Source: a virus (Duplodnaviria > Caudoviricetes). From it: a stretch of 30,637 nucleotides of DNA. Where the stretch lies: the IMG/VR virus record IMGVR_UViG_3300037479_000329, positions 1 through 30,637 of that record, one strand, 5' to 3'. The notes beneath the pieces were generated by a model, which worked only from the letters and a program-made list of their open reading frames with translations, was not told the DNA's origin and searched no databases. The translations under genes and the position numbers were made by a program. This document shows positions 24,209 through 30,637 of this stretch, one piece after another (the first letter of the stretch is position 1; each line of letters begins with the position of its first letter).

Positions 24209-24685
24209 TCAAGGAGAGCCCTGCGTTTGCCGCAATTTCATTCGTAGCCGCATGTTCTCTCGTTTCAGCCTGGAATTCTCCTGCCGAAGGGTCTCGGTCT
24301 CGCTTGGCTGCCGATATGTATTGAACTTCTCCTGCAACTGCTTGACGCGCTGCAGGAGCTGGTCGCCGACGACATTCTGCGCGGCCGCATCCCGCGCGAC
24401 TGTCCTCGTCCCGGAAGATGGAGCTTCGGCCCTGTGCGCATGCCTTGCCAGGCGATCCTGTCTTTCCTGATCGAGACAGGCCGGGCAGACATTGCCGGCC
24501 TTGCCCAGCTCCCATCCCTTATGATGCCAGTGCTTGTAATAGAGGAGCCACGGGATTGGGCGCGATGTTCGCAGGGCCGGCATTCCATCTTTCTTCCGGC
24601 AGCGTGAGCAATGGATCGGATAGGCCGGGATGCGCCCACCATCGCCTGTCTGGATCAATGTTATGGACGGCACATCGCGCCTCAT
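24209..24685 (-). CDS. Zinc-finger (CxxC...CxxC) plus coiled-coil protein
   Basis: CSRC and GW......CPAC motifs. AAGGGAGAG SD before ATG 24685. Confidence 0.75.
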   Translation of the reverse strand: MRRDVPSITLIQTGDGGRIPAYPIHCSRCRKKDGMPALRTSRPIPWLLYYKHWHHKGWELGKAGNVCPACLDQERQDRLARHAHRAEAPSSGTRTVARDAAAQNVVGDQLLQRVKQLQEKFNTYRQPSETETLRQENSRLKRENMRLRMKLRQTQGSP

Positions 24686-24698
24686 GTCTCTCTCCCTT

Positions 24699-25016
24699 TC
24701 AGAGGAATGACGGGAATGACGGCAGCTTGATGGTTGCTGCGGCCCGCAGCGCGTCGATGACCTCGTCGGCAGTGCGCTCGGGCTGATCGTTCCAGTCGAT
24801 AATGTTTCTGGTGCCACCATGATGCTGGCCCAGGAAAGCCATCAGCCGATAGAGGGACGACATATATGCCTTCCTGTCTCGATCGGTTGCCTTATGCAGC
24901 GCCCCCATGGCGCAGAAGGCCCCGTTCTTGACCAAGGCGCCCTGGCACCATCCATCCCTCTCCAGCAGCTCCGCTGCCCGCAGCAGCGCAAGCTGTCCGC
25001 CATCAAAAGGCTTCAT
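24699..25016 (-). CDS. WND-motif small protein, paralog 1 (DUF6197-like)
   Basis: AAELLERDGWCQG...CAMGAL...WNDQPERTADEVIDALRAAA. Confidence 0.8.
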   Translation of the reverse strand: MKPFDGGQLALLRAAELLERDGWCQGALVKNGAFCAMGALHKATDRDRKAYMSSLYRLMAFLGQHHGGTRNIIDWNDQPERTADEVIDALRAAATIKLPSFPSFL

Positions 25017-25067
25017 GATCTCTTCCTCGCTCGTGCTTCTTGAGCAGCCGTCATCCGAAGGATGGCC

Positions 25068-25412
25068 TCATGACCTTCCTGTCATGGCGATCCTGCGCAG
25101 TGTGGAGACGACCTCCTCCTTGTCTCGCGCGATCAGATCGTTCCAGGTCGCCAGGCGAATGCCGCCCAGGGCTTCCTCGATCTTTTTCGCCGTCATGAGC
25201 GGAGGCGACATCTCGTCGTAGACCGAGACCAGTGCGCTGACCACGCAGACCTCGCCTTTCGCGTTGCTCAGCGCAAAGCGACACCATCCATGGCGCTCGA
25301 TATAATCAGCGGCAGCCCAGGCATGCCGCTGCCATGGAGACCAGCTGGGATCAGGCAGGCTCTCCGGTTTTGCCTCGATGCGCTTCATCTCCTCCATCTT
25401 CAAAGGCTTCAT
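25068..25412 (-). CDS. WND-motif small protein, paralog 2 (DUF6197-like)
   Basis: AADYIERHGWC...CVVSAL...WNDLIARDKEEVVSTLR. AAGGAGG SD before ATG 25412; the start could be slightly downstream. Confidence 0.78.
   Translation of the reverse strand: MKPLKMEEMKRIEAKPESLPDPSWSPWQRHAWAAADYIERHGWCRFALSNAKGEVCVVSALVSVYDEMSPPLMTAKKIEEALGGIRLATWNDLIARDKEEVVSTLRRIAMTGRS
25095..25154. repeat. Direct repeat R1 copy a (partner at 28226-28285)
   Basis: 55/60 identical, with a 33-nt perfect core GTGGAGACGACCTCCTCCTTGTCTCGCGCGATC at 25102-25134. Confidence 0.92.
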
Positions 25413-26001
25413 TCCATTCCTCCTTCTCATCCTCGTCTTGAGGGATTTCGTCATCCTCCATGCTGGAGGTAGGGCCTGGGGGAGGGGGCGGCGGCACCAT
25501 GTCAGGCGGTGGCGGTCCCTTGGCGGACGGCGAGATATCCTCGACCTCCGTCTCGTCCAGAAATCCGAGGCCGCAGATCGACAGGGTGGCGCGACGCTTG
25601 GCTTTGGTCTCGGCCTTCATGAGGGCGTTGGCCAGCGCCTCCCCCTTGAGGCTGCCGATCGGCACGGCTCCCTTGGCCATGTCGGTGCGGCCAGCCGCAT
25701 TGCAGACCTTGACCGTCACCACATGAATGTCTCCGCGCTCGCCCTCATGCATGTCGACGACGGATATGCCGTACAGGCTGCGGAGCTGATCGGTGCAGTC
25801 CTTCCTGGCATAGAGGACCAGCCGTCCGTTCAGGCTGAGATACTCGAACGGACGTGTCATCGGATTGAGGCCGACGCTCTCGCAAACGCGGACGTAATAT
25901 TTGCCGCGCTCTGCCGGGCTGAGGCGGCCAAGGTCGCCCTTGGCGATCACCATCTCCATGATCTCGCCCACGCGGGCGGGCGTCAACGGTGCTGTCGTCA
26001 T
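25351..26001 (-). CDS. Single-strand annealing protein (Bet/RecT-like recombinase)
   Basis: VCESVGLNP..RPF, LYARKD..DQL, NALMKAETKAKRRATL..CGLG.LDETEVE motifs, Pro-rich linker, acidic tail. Confidence 0.75.
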   Translation of the reverse strand: MTTAPLTPARVGEIMEMVIAKGDLGRLSPAERGKYYVRVCESVGLNPMTRPFEYLSLNGRLVLYARKDCTDQLRSLYGISVVDMHEGERGDIHVVTVKVCNAAGRTDMAKGAVPIGSLKGEALANALMKAETKAKRRATLSICGLGFLDETEVEDISPSAKGPPPPDMVPPPPPPGPTSSMEDDEIPQDEDEKEEWNEAFEDGGDEAHRGKTGEPA

Positions 26002-26813
26002 GCTGCGATCACCTCTTTCTCAACGTTGCATCCAGGCGGAGCGTCACCGTGCCGGACGGCCGCATCGGCGAGCGCCTGCACAATCTCGACGATGGCACGA
26101 TCGTCGGAGAAATGCTGCAGGCACGCTCGGTAATCCACGATTTTTGCATGCCGGATCGTGCGCAGGGATACCACGCGTCCACGTGCGCCAGCCCTGGCCA
26201 GCCCATGCCTGATCAGCCAGCCGGCGATGATGTGCTTGAGCGTCTTCTTGGCCGAGGCGGCCTGCGCGATCGGCACGCTCCACTCGTCCCTGATCCTGCG
26301 AGCCACGGCAGCGTGCGGAGCCTTCTCCTCCTTGCATCGATCGCTGGCCGCTTTCTCAAGGTCTCCGAGCCTGATGGCCAGGTCGGCAACACGATCGACA
26401 TCTTCCGGTGATACGAGATCGCCTTCGGCGATCTTGCCCGCCTCTCGACAGAGGTCATCGATCTGCTCCCGCAGGGCCTCCAGAGTATGGTCGGGAGGGG
26501 CGTTGTTCGAGCGGGTGACGGCCGGGTGCTCGTCCGGCCACGCTCCCGTCTGGACGGCGGTCTGATACGCCTCCCAGGTCACCGGGTGCGTGACGGCGAA
26601 CGGCCATATCTCGCATGCGCGCAGAAACTCCAGGGGCTGCCCATCGAGATGACAGACCATCCTCTCGCCCTCGATCCAGTAGGCGATCGGGCGCCAGCGT
26701 GTCTTGTCGCGCGTTCGGACGCGGTAGAACCCCGGCTCGGGATGATCCGGATGGATCGGCAGGGCCTCCCCGTCAAGTCGGCGCCGCCATCGGCCATATC
26801 GGTCTTCCGTCAT
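25998..26813 (-). CDS. Conserved phage hypothetical protein (Trp-rich N-domain plus coiled coil)
   Basis: PEPGFYR...PIAYW...NNAPP then helical region. AAGGAGG SD. ATGA-coupled to the SSAP. Confidence 0.78.
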   Translation of the reverse strand: MTEDRYGRWRRRLDGEALPIHPDHPEPGFYRVRTRDKTRWRPIAYWIEGERMVCHLDGQPLEFLRACEIWPFAVTHPVTWEAYQTAVQTGAWPDEHPAVTRSNNAPPDHTLEALREQIDDLCREAGKIAEGDLVSPEDVDRVADLAIRLGDLEKAASDRCKEEKAPHAAVARRIRDEWSVPIAQAASAKKTLKHIIAGWLIRHGLARAGARGRVVSLRTIRHAKIVDYRACLQHFSDDRAIVEIVQALADAAVRHGDAPPGCNVEKEVIAA

Positions 26814-26873
26814 CTCTCCTCCTTTGCTCTCATTCCTGCCCTGCAAGAACGCGGCTCCAGAACGGGTTGCCGG
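26811..26873. repeat. Direct repeat R2 copy a (gene end, stop, SD and ATG; partner at 27299-27356)
   Basis: 54/58 aligned bases identical, plus a 5-nt CCTGC indel. Confidence 0.92.
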
Positions 26874-27297
26874 TCACGAGATAGTTGCGCAGGGCCTTCG
26901 CCGCCTGCGATGGCGTGACCCGCGATAGCCCGCCGGGAAGGATTGCAAAGGGAGAGACACATAAAAGCTGCATAAGCCTGTATCCCTTGTCGCCATGCAC
27001 GGGCTCGCTCAGCCTCGCCCCGAAAAGCTGGGCCAGACCGCCGATGCAGTAGACGGTCCCGCATTTGGAATGGCGCCCTCCCTCCTCCAGGATCACCGCA
27101 GGATAGGCCCAATAGCCCATGTTGAACAGATGGCGGCCATCATCGGCGTCAGGACGCCGATCCAGCACGTTGCCATTGACGTGACGGGCCTGCCCGGTCT
27201 CCAGGAGCTGCAGGACCTGGATCAGGGCCGATCTGTTTCTCGTGCTGATCCCCAGCTCTGCCGCCGACAGGAAAGGCTCTTCTTGCTTTCTCGTCAT
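26830..27297 (-). CDS. Hypothetical protein with a CGTxxCIGG motif
   Basis: FNM..W...CGTVYCIGG...TPSQAAKALRNYL.TG.P.W. GGAGG SD 8 nt before ATG 27297. Confidence 0.78.
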   Translation of the reverse strand: MTRKQEEPFLSAAELGISTRNRSALIQVLQLLETGQARHVNGNVLDRRPDADDGRHLFNMGYWAYPAVILEEGGRHSKCGTVYCIGGLAQLFGARLSEPVHGDKGYRLMQLLCVSPFAILPGGLSRVTPSQAAKALRNYLVTGNPFWSRVLAGQE

Positions 27298-27298
27298 G

Positions 27299-27356
27299 CA
27301 TCTCTCCTCCCTTGCTCTCATTCCTGCAAGAACGCGGCTCCAGCGCGGATTGCCGG
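27299..27356. repeat. Direct repeat R2 copy b
   Basis: Matches 26811-26873. Confidence 0.92.
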
Positions 27357-28175
27357 CTCCGGGGTCTGCTCGATGGTCTTCGCCGAAGAGGCGGTCATCG
27401 CCCACCGGAGGCCCGGGTGATTGACGACGGTGTTGATGAGATGACGATAGTTGTCGCCATGCGGACTATCGCCGTGATCAGCCGCGACGCGCGCGAGGAA
27501 GGTCTCGGTGGTGATGCCATGCTGGCAGCCGACCCACCATTGCAGGCCGTGCCTCGGCGACCACACGGCGGTGGCAAAAGCGTTCCGCGAGCCTTGCGGG
27601 CCGGCGATGTAGTACCAGTCGTCGACCTCGATGCGCACCCCATTGCCGATGATGATCATCCCGTCGCCGATGATCATCCCGTTGCCGATGCGCACCCCGT
27701 CGCCGATGCGCACCCCGTTGCCGATGGTCGTTTCGTTGCCGATGCGCACCCCGTTGCCGATGGTCGTTTCGTTGCCGATGCGCACCCCGTTGCCGATGCG
27801 CACCCCGTTGCCGATGCGCACCCCGTTGCCGATGGTCGTTTCGTTGCCGATGGTTGCCCGGTAACCAATGCTCGCCCTGTCGCTGATGATCGTCTTGGTG
27901 CCGATGCTAGCAAAGCTGCTGGTGCGTGCCCAACGGCCAATGATCGCCCCAGCGCCGATGAACGTCTGGTAGCCAATGCGCACCTTGTCGCCGATAGATG
28001 CCCCTTCGTCGATCTCAGTGTTCAGCTCCACCTCTGCGGAGAAGGCCACATGCACACTTTTATGCACAGCAAGGGGTATGGCGACGATACCACCCACGCT
28101 TCCGTCCGGATTACGCCACCGGCGTGCCAGCGTGGAGCACCCGTCATCGAACAAATGCTTGAATATTTCGCTCAT
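27318..28175 (-). CDS. Hexapeptide-repeat (left-handed beta-helix) protein
   Basis: NPDGSVGGIVA N-motif, IGxxxx hexapeptides, C-terminal GSRN...VGCQ domain. ATGA-coupled start at 28175. Confidence 0.85.
   Translation of the reverse strand: MSEIFKHLFDDGCSTLARRWRNPDGSVGGIVAIPLAVHKSVHVAFSAEVELNTEIDEGASIGDKVRIGYQTFIGAGAIIGRWARTSSFASIGTKTIISDRASIGYRATIGNETTIGNGVRIGNGVRIGNGVRIGNETTIGNGVRIGNETTIGNGVRIGDGVRIGNGMIIGDGMIIIGNGVRIEVDDWYYIAGPQGSRNAFATAVWSPRHGLQWWVGCQHGITTETFLARVAADHGDSPHGDNYRHLINTVVNHPGLRWAMTASSAKTIEQTPEPAIRAGAAFLQE
27633..27851 (-). repeat. Coding tandem repeat, 12 units of 18 nt (one of 21 nt)
   Basis: Units encode IGNGVR or IGNETT and variants; most are identical at DNA level. Confidence 0.95.
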
Positions 28176-28495
28176 TGCTCTCGCCGCTCCATCCTGGCCA
28201 TCGCCTCCTGATCCACGGCCGCCGCGCGCAAGGTGGAGACGACCTCCTCCTTGTCTCGCGCGATCCGATTGTTCCAGATCGCCAGCGCCTGCCAGGCCGG
28301 CAGGCGCAGATGGGTGTGCAGGAGGCGGGCTTCCGGTGTCCCGATGATGACGGAGATGGGGCTGCGCCCGGAGACCTTGGCCAGGGCGCCGACCACGCAA
28401 TATCCCCTCTCGTCATCCCCCAGCGCGTCGCGTATCCATCCCTTGGCCTCCAGCAGGTCGGCGGCCGCAAGCAGGTTCTCTTGCACGGTGCTCAA
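28172..28495 (-). CDS. WND-motif small protein, paralog 3 (DUF6197-like)
   Basis: AADLLEAKGW...CVVGAL...WNNRIARDKEEVVSTLRAAA. TTG start with AAGGAG SD, overlapping the upstream stop. Confidence 0.8.
   Translation of the reverse strand: MSTVQENLLAAADLLEAKGWIRDALGDDERGYCVVGALAKVSGRSPISVIIGTPEARLLHTHLRLPAWQALAIWNNRIARDKEEVVSTLRAAAVDQEAMARMERREQ
28226..28285. repeat. Direct repeat R1 copy b
   Basis: Matches 25095-25154; perfect core at 28233-28265. Confidence 0.92.
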
Positions 28496-29085
28496 TGAGC
28501 AGTCTCCTTCTCTCCTTGCCCGTCATCGTCGATCATGACAACTTTCGTCGGCCAGCCGGTCACGCCTGAGAGCATCCCATGGAACGCCTTGAGGACAGCC
28601 ATCTGCATTCTGGCGTCCGGCAGCGTACGGACAAGCATCCCAAGCATGATGGCGGCTGCATTGCAGACACCCCGCGACTGGACGATCGAGCCATCGATGT
28701 CGCGGCTGCGGAGCATGTCATGGTTCAGATGCAGGTGCCGGAAGGCCGTCCGCATGATCCTGCTCGTGATGATGCCGGACGGGCTTTCATGGTCGATCAG
28801 GCCGGCCATCGCATGCTCCGCTGCCGCGCGGTCGGCATCGTCATGGGCGAAGATGTCCGCCATCTCGACGTCAAGGGCCTTGGCAATGGACATCAGGCGC
28901 CTGATGGACGTCCCGTATCGCCCTGCCTCGATGTTGGTAATCTGCAGCCTGGTCAGCCCTACCCTTCGACCAAGCTCCTCCTGCGTCATGCCCCGCTGGT
29001 AGCGCAGGGCACGAATTTTTCCAGGCCAGCCGCTCTTGATCTTGCGGCGATCGAGGCGGCTCGGACGTCCGCGTACCCTTCCCAT
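28492..29085 (-). CDS. XRE-family HTH transcriptional regulator (repressor-like)
   Basis: KIRALRYQRGMTQEELGRRVGLTRLQITNIEAG...L..IAKALDV. AGGAGG SD. No S24 peptidase motifs seen. Confidence 0.88.
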   Translation of the reverse strand: MGRVRGRPSRLDRRKIKSGWPGKIRALRYQRGMTQEELGRRVGLTRLQITNIEAGRYGTSIRRLMSIAKALDVEMADIFAHDDADRAAAEHAMAGLIDHESPSGIITSRIMRTAFRHLHLNHDMLRSRDIDGSIVQSRGVCNAAAIMLGMLVRTLPDARMQMAVLKAFHGMLSGVTGWPTKVVMIDDDGQGEKETAH

Positions 29086-29129
29086 GTGATGGATGACCTC
29101 CTGCTGCTCATGAATGACGGCTCGTGCGG

Positions 29130-29157
29130 AACATATCAAATAAAATTAGAATATCAA
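29130..29157 (-). promoter_or_regulatory. Leftward sigma70-type promoter
   Basis: TTGATA, 16-nt spacer, TATGTT with an extended -10 TG, in the AT-rich island. Confidence 0.6.
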
Positions 29158-29191
29158 CCCCTCCGGTACAAAATTTTTTTCCAGGGACCCG

Positions 29192-29220
29192 TTGCCACGG
29201 CCCGCTTTCAGTATTATCAT
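29192..29220 (+). promoter_or_regulatory. Rightward sigma70-type promoter
   Basis: TTGCCA, 17-nt spacer, TATCAT. Confidence 0.72.
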
Positions 29221-29225
29221 CATCT

Positions 29226-29238
29226 CCAAACTATTTGG
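29226..29238. promoter_or_regulatory. Candidate operator palindrome
   Basis: CCAAA-CTA-TTTGG over the predicted +1 of the rightward promoter. Confidence 0.4.
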
Positions 29239-29241
29239 CAT

Positions 29242-29484
29242 ATGAAGGAAATGGCGCATAGCCACGTCACTGTCGGCACGGTGATCGATCTTCTGGGCGG
29301 CACGGCCGAGGTCGCCGCCTTGACGCAGCGCAGCTACAAGGCTGTGTGGATGTGGCGCGCCCTGAACAAGTTCCCGGCCGCTACCTATGTGATGCTGGCG
29401 GCCGCGCTTGCTGAGCGTGGATACGAGGCTCCGTTGTCCTTGTGGGGGATGGAGCCTCCTGCGGACGACAGGAAGGGGGCATGA
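29242..29484 (+). CDS. Cro-like small HTH regulator
   Basis: VIDLLGGTAEVAAL......AV..WR...FP motif, divergent from the XRE gene. Start at 29242 or 29251. Confidence 0.8.
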   Translation: MKEMAHSHVTVGTVIDLLGGTAEVAALTQRSYKAVWMWRALNKFPAATYVMLAAALAERGYEAPLSLWGMEPPADDRKGA

Positions 29485-30221
29485 TGAGAGGTGACGGGGG
29501 CAGGATAACAAGGCTGCGTGTCCTCACCTTGCAGATCGGGCGCTCCGTCGACCGGCTGCTGCAGGCCCTGCATGAGCATCACCCCTCGGCACCGGCACCG
29601 GCACCGGCACCGGCATCGGCCCCGCCACCGCTGCCGCCGGGAGGCCCGTCGGGGCAACGCATTTACCTGCGCCCGCTGTTGCGCGAGGTCGCCGCGCGGC
29701 ATGGCCTGCAACCCGGCGATCTCTGCGGCCCGGATCGCAGGGCCTTGATCGTCGATGCGCGGTTCGAGTTCTGCTGGCGCGCCGCCAGCGAGACCTCTGC
29801 CAGCCTCATGGCCATTGGCAGGCTGATCAGGCGCGATCATTCGACCGTCATTCATGCCATCTCCGCGCATGCGACCAGGCATCATCTACCGATGCCGCGC
29901 GGCATGAAGCAGAGGAGGAGAGATGCTCTGGACAGCAGAGAAGATCGAGCAGCTTCGCTCCCTGCATGCCGCCGGGCTACGCTGGAGGGAGCTGATGGAG
30001 GTCTTCGGAGCGACGAAGGGCTCGATCATCGGCAAGCTCTGGCGGCTCGGCCTGTGCCCGCCCAAGGACCGCTCGCCGGAAGCCCGCGAGCGGAGCCTGC
30101 TTCGGCGCCTGGAGCGCAGGCGGGCGGCTGCAAGGGAACGACGGCCAGGAAAGCCACGGCCGAGACGGCCCGCCATGAAGGGGAGGAGAGGAGCCATGAT
30201 GCTTCTCGCGGAGGAGCCTGA
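29481..30221 (+). CDS. Protein with a DnaA C-terminal-like HTH domain
   Basis: EVAARHGL...DL.G..R...IVDAR...SL..IGRL..RDHSTVIHA. ATGA-coupled. The last ~100 codons overlap the gcrA-like gene. Confidence 0.75.
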   Translation: MMRGDGGRITRLRVLTLQIGRSVDRLLQALHEHHPSAPAPAPAPASAPPPLPPGGPSGQRIYLRPLLREVAARHGLQPGDLCGPDRRALIVDARFEFCWRAASETSASLMAIGRLIRRDHSTVIHAISAHATRHHLPMPRGMKQRRRDALDSREDRAASLPACRRATLEGADGGLRSDEGLDHRQALAARPVPAQGPLAGSPRAEPASAPGAQAGGCKGTTARKATAETARHEGEERSHDASRGGA

Positions 30222-30390
30222 CCTGCCAGCCCCGGAGCCGCTTCCGATCCTGGCGCTGGCCGACGGGGTCTGCCGCTGGCCGGTCGACGCTCGTCATGAG
30301 GACGGGCGCATCGTCCATCTCTTCTGCGGCCGGCCAGGATATCCATACTGCCCCCGTCACGCCCTGCTGGCATGCAACCCATCGAGTTGA
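29923..30390 (+). CDS. gcrA: GcrA-like cell-cycle regulator
   Basis: WT.E.IEQL..L...G......FG.TK.SIIGK..RLGL N-domain and L....CRWP....FCG....PYC..H C-domain. GAGGAG SD. Confidence 0.85.
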   Translation: MLWTAEKIEQLRSLHAAGLRWRELMEVFGATKGSIIGKLWRLGLCPPKDRSPEARERSLLRRLERRRAAARERRPGKPRPRRPAMKGRRGAMMLLAEEPDLPAPEPLPILALADGVCRWPVDARHEDGRIVHLFCGRPGYPYCPRHALLACNPSS

Positions 30391-30417
30391 GAGAGAGATG
30401 AAAAGAGGAGGACAGGA

Positions 30418-30637
30418 ATGATGGATTTCGATCACATCCTGAGCTGGAGGCTTCTGCCGTACTCGCATCAGTTCCCGGGTCCTGATGGCGGAACGTGCCT
30501 CAATGAGGTTGCGGCCGTGGTCCACGGCTTCCCATATAGGAAGATTTCCTCCGTAGATGAGCGTCCACCCTGCTTCTCACGGCCGATCACGGCCTTCTCG
30601 ATGCGGCTCAACGACGACGTCCTGACCAGCAGCGAGC
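30418..30637 (+). CDS. Hypothetical protein (5' part, runs off the window)
   Basis: GAGGAGG SD; open frame MMDFDHILSWRLLPYSHQFPGPDGGTCLNEVAA...PPCFSRPI...RLND to the window end. Confidence 0.7.
   Translation, partial: MMDFDHILSWRLLPYSHQFPGPDGGTCLNEVAAVVHGFPYRKISSVDERPPCFSRPITAFSMRLNDDVLTSSE

Larger units (their letters stand above)
1..30637. mobile_element. Tailed bacteriophage or prophage segment (podovirus-type morphogenesis module plus lambdoid-like divergent early region), alphaproteobacterial host
   Basis: Continuous, tightly coupled gene order portal-scaffold-capsid-tail tubes-internal proteins-fibre-lysis, then early genes. No host housekeeping genes. GcrA-like gene points to Alphaproteobacteria. 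Confidence 0.96.

Noticed and set aside
27633-27851. Possible CRISPR array
   Set aside because: Units are contiguous 18-mers with no unique spacers, in frame within a hexapeptide gene, and no cas genes are present.
25095-28285. R1 or R2 as the template/variable repeat pair of a diversity-generating retroelement (BPP-1-like phage)
   Set aside because: Mismatches are not adenine-specific, the repeats are short, and no reverse transcriptase is in the window.
29587-29616. CGGCAC tandem repeat as a phase-variation tract
   Set aside because: A 6-nt unit keeps the frame and encodes an ordinary AP linker. The same holds for the 9-nt PAS repeat in the scaffold at about 2595-2625.

Overview
The whole 30.6 kb window is a high-GC tailed-phage (or prophage) segment, almost certainly from an alphaproteobacterial host, since it encodes a GcrA-like protein. 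From 1 to 24206 on the + strand is a podovirus-type late region: portal, scaffold, major capsid, capsid-associated proteins, a 1073-aa modular fibre, tail tubular proteins A and B, three internal virion proteins (one with a SleB-like muralytic domain), a tail fibre and a lysis cassette. From 24209 to 29085 on the - strand is an early operon with an XRE regulator, three paralogous small WND-motif proteins, a single-strand annealing protein and a hexapeptide-repeat protein. An AT-rich divergent promoter region follows, then cro-like, DnaA-C-like and gcrA-like genes. No integrase, terminase, tRNA, CRISPR array or reverse transcriptase is visible. The leading candidate for a new system is a fibre assembled by beta-strand complementation. 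The long fibre has 15 single-strand repeats and a lectin-like domain lacking its first strand. A separately encoded beta-helix enzyme carries a homologous segment at its N-terminus, and a small, probably high-copy beta-protein could coat the repeats. A second notable feature is a repeat-bounded, recombination-prone early region around the annealing protein. All family assignments are from motif recognition by eye; no searches were run.
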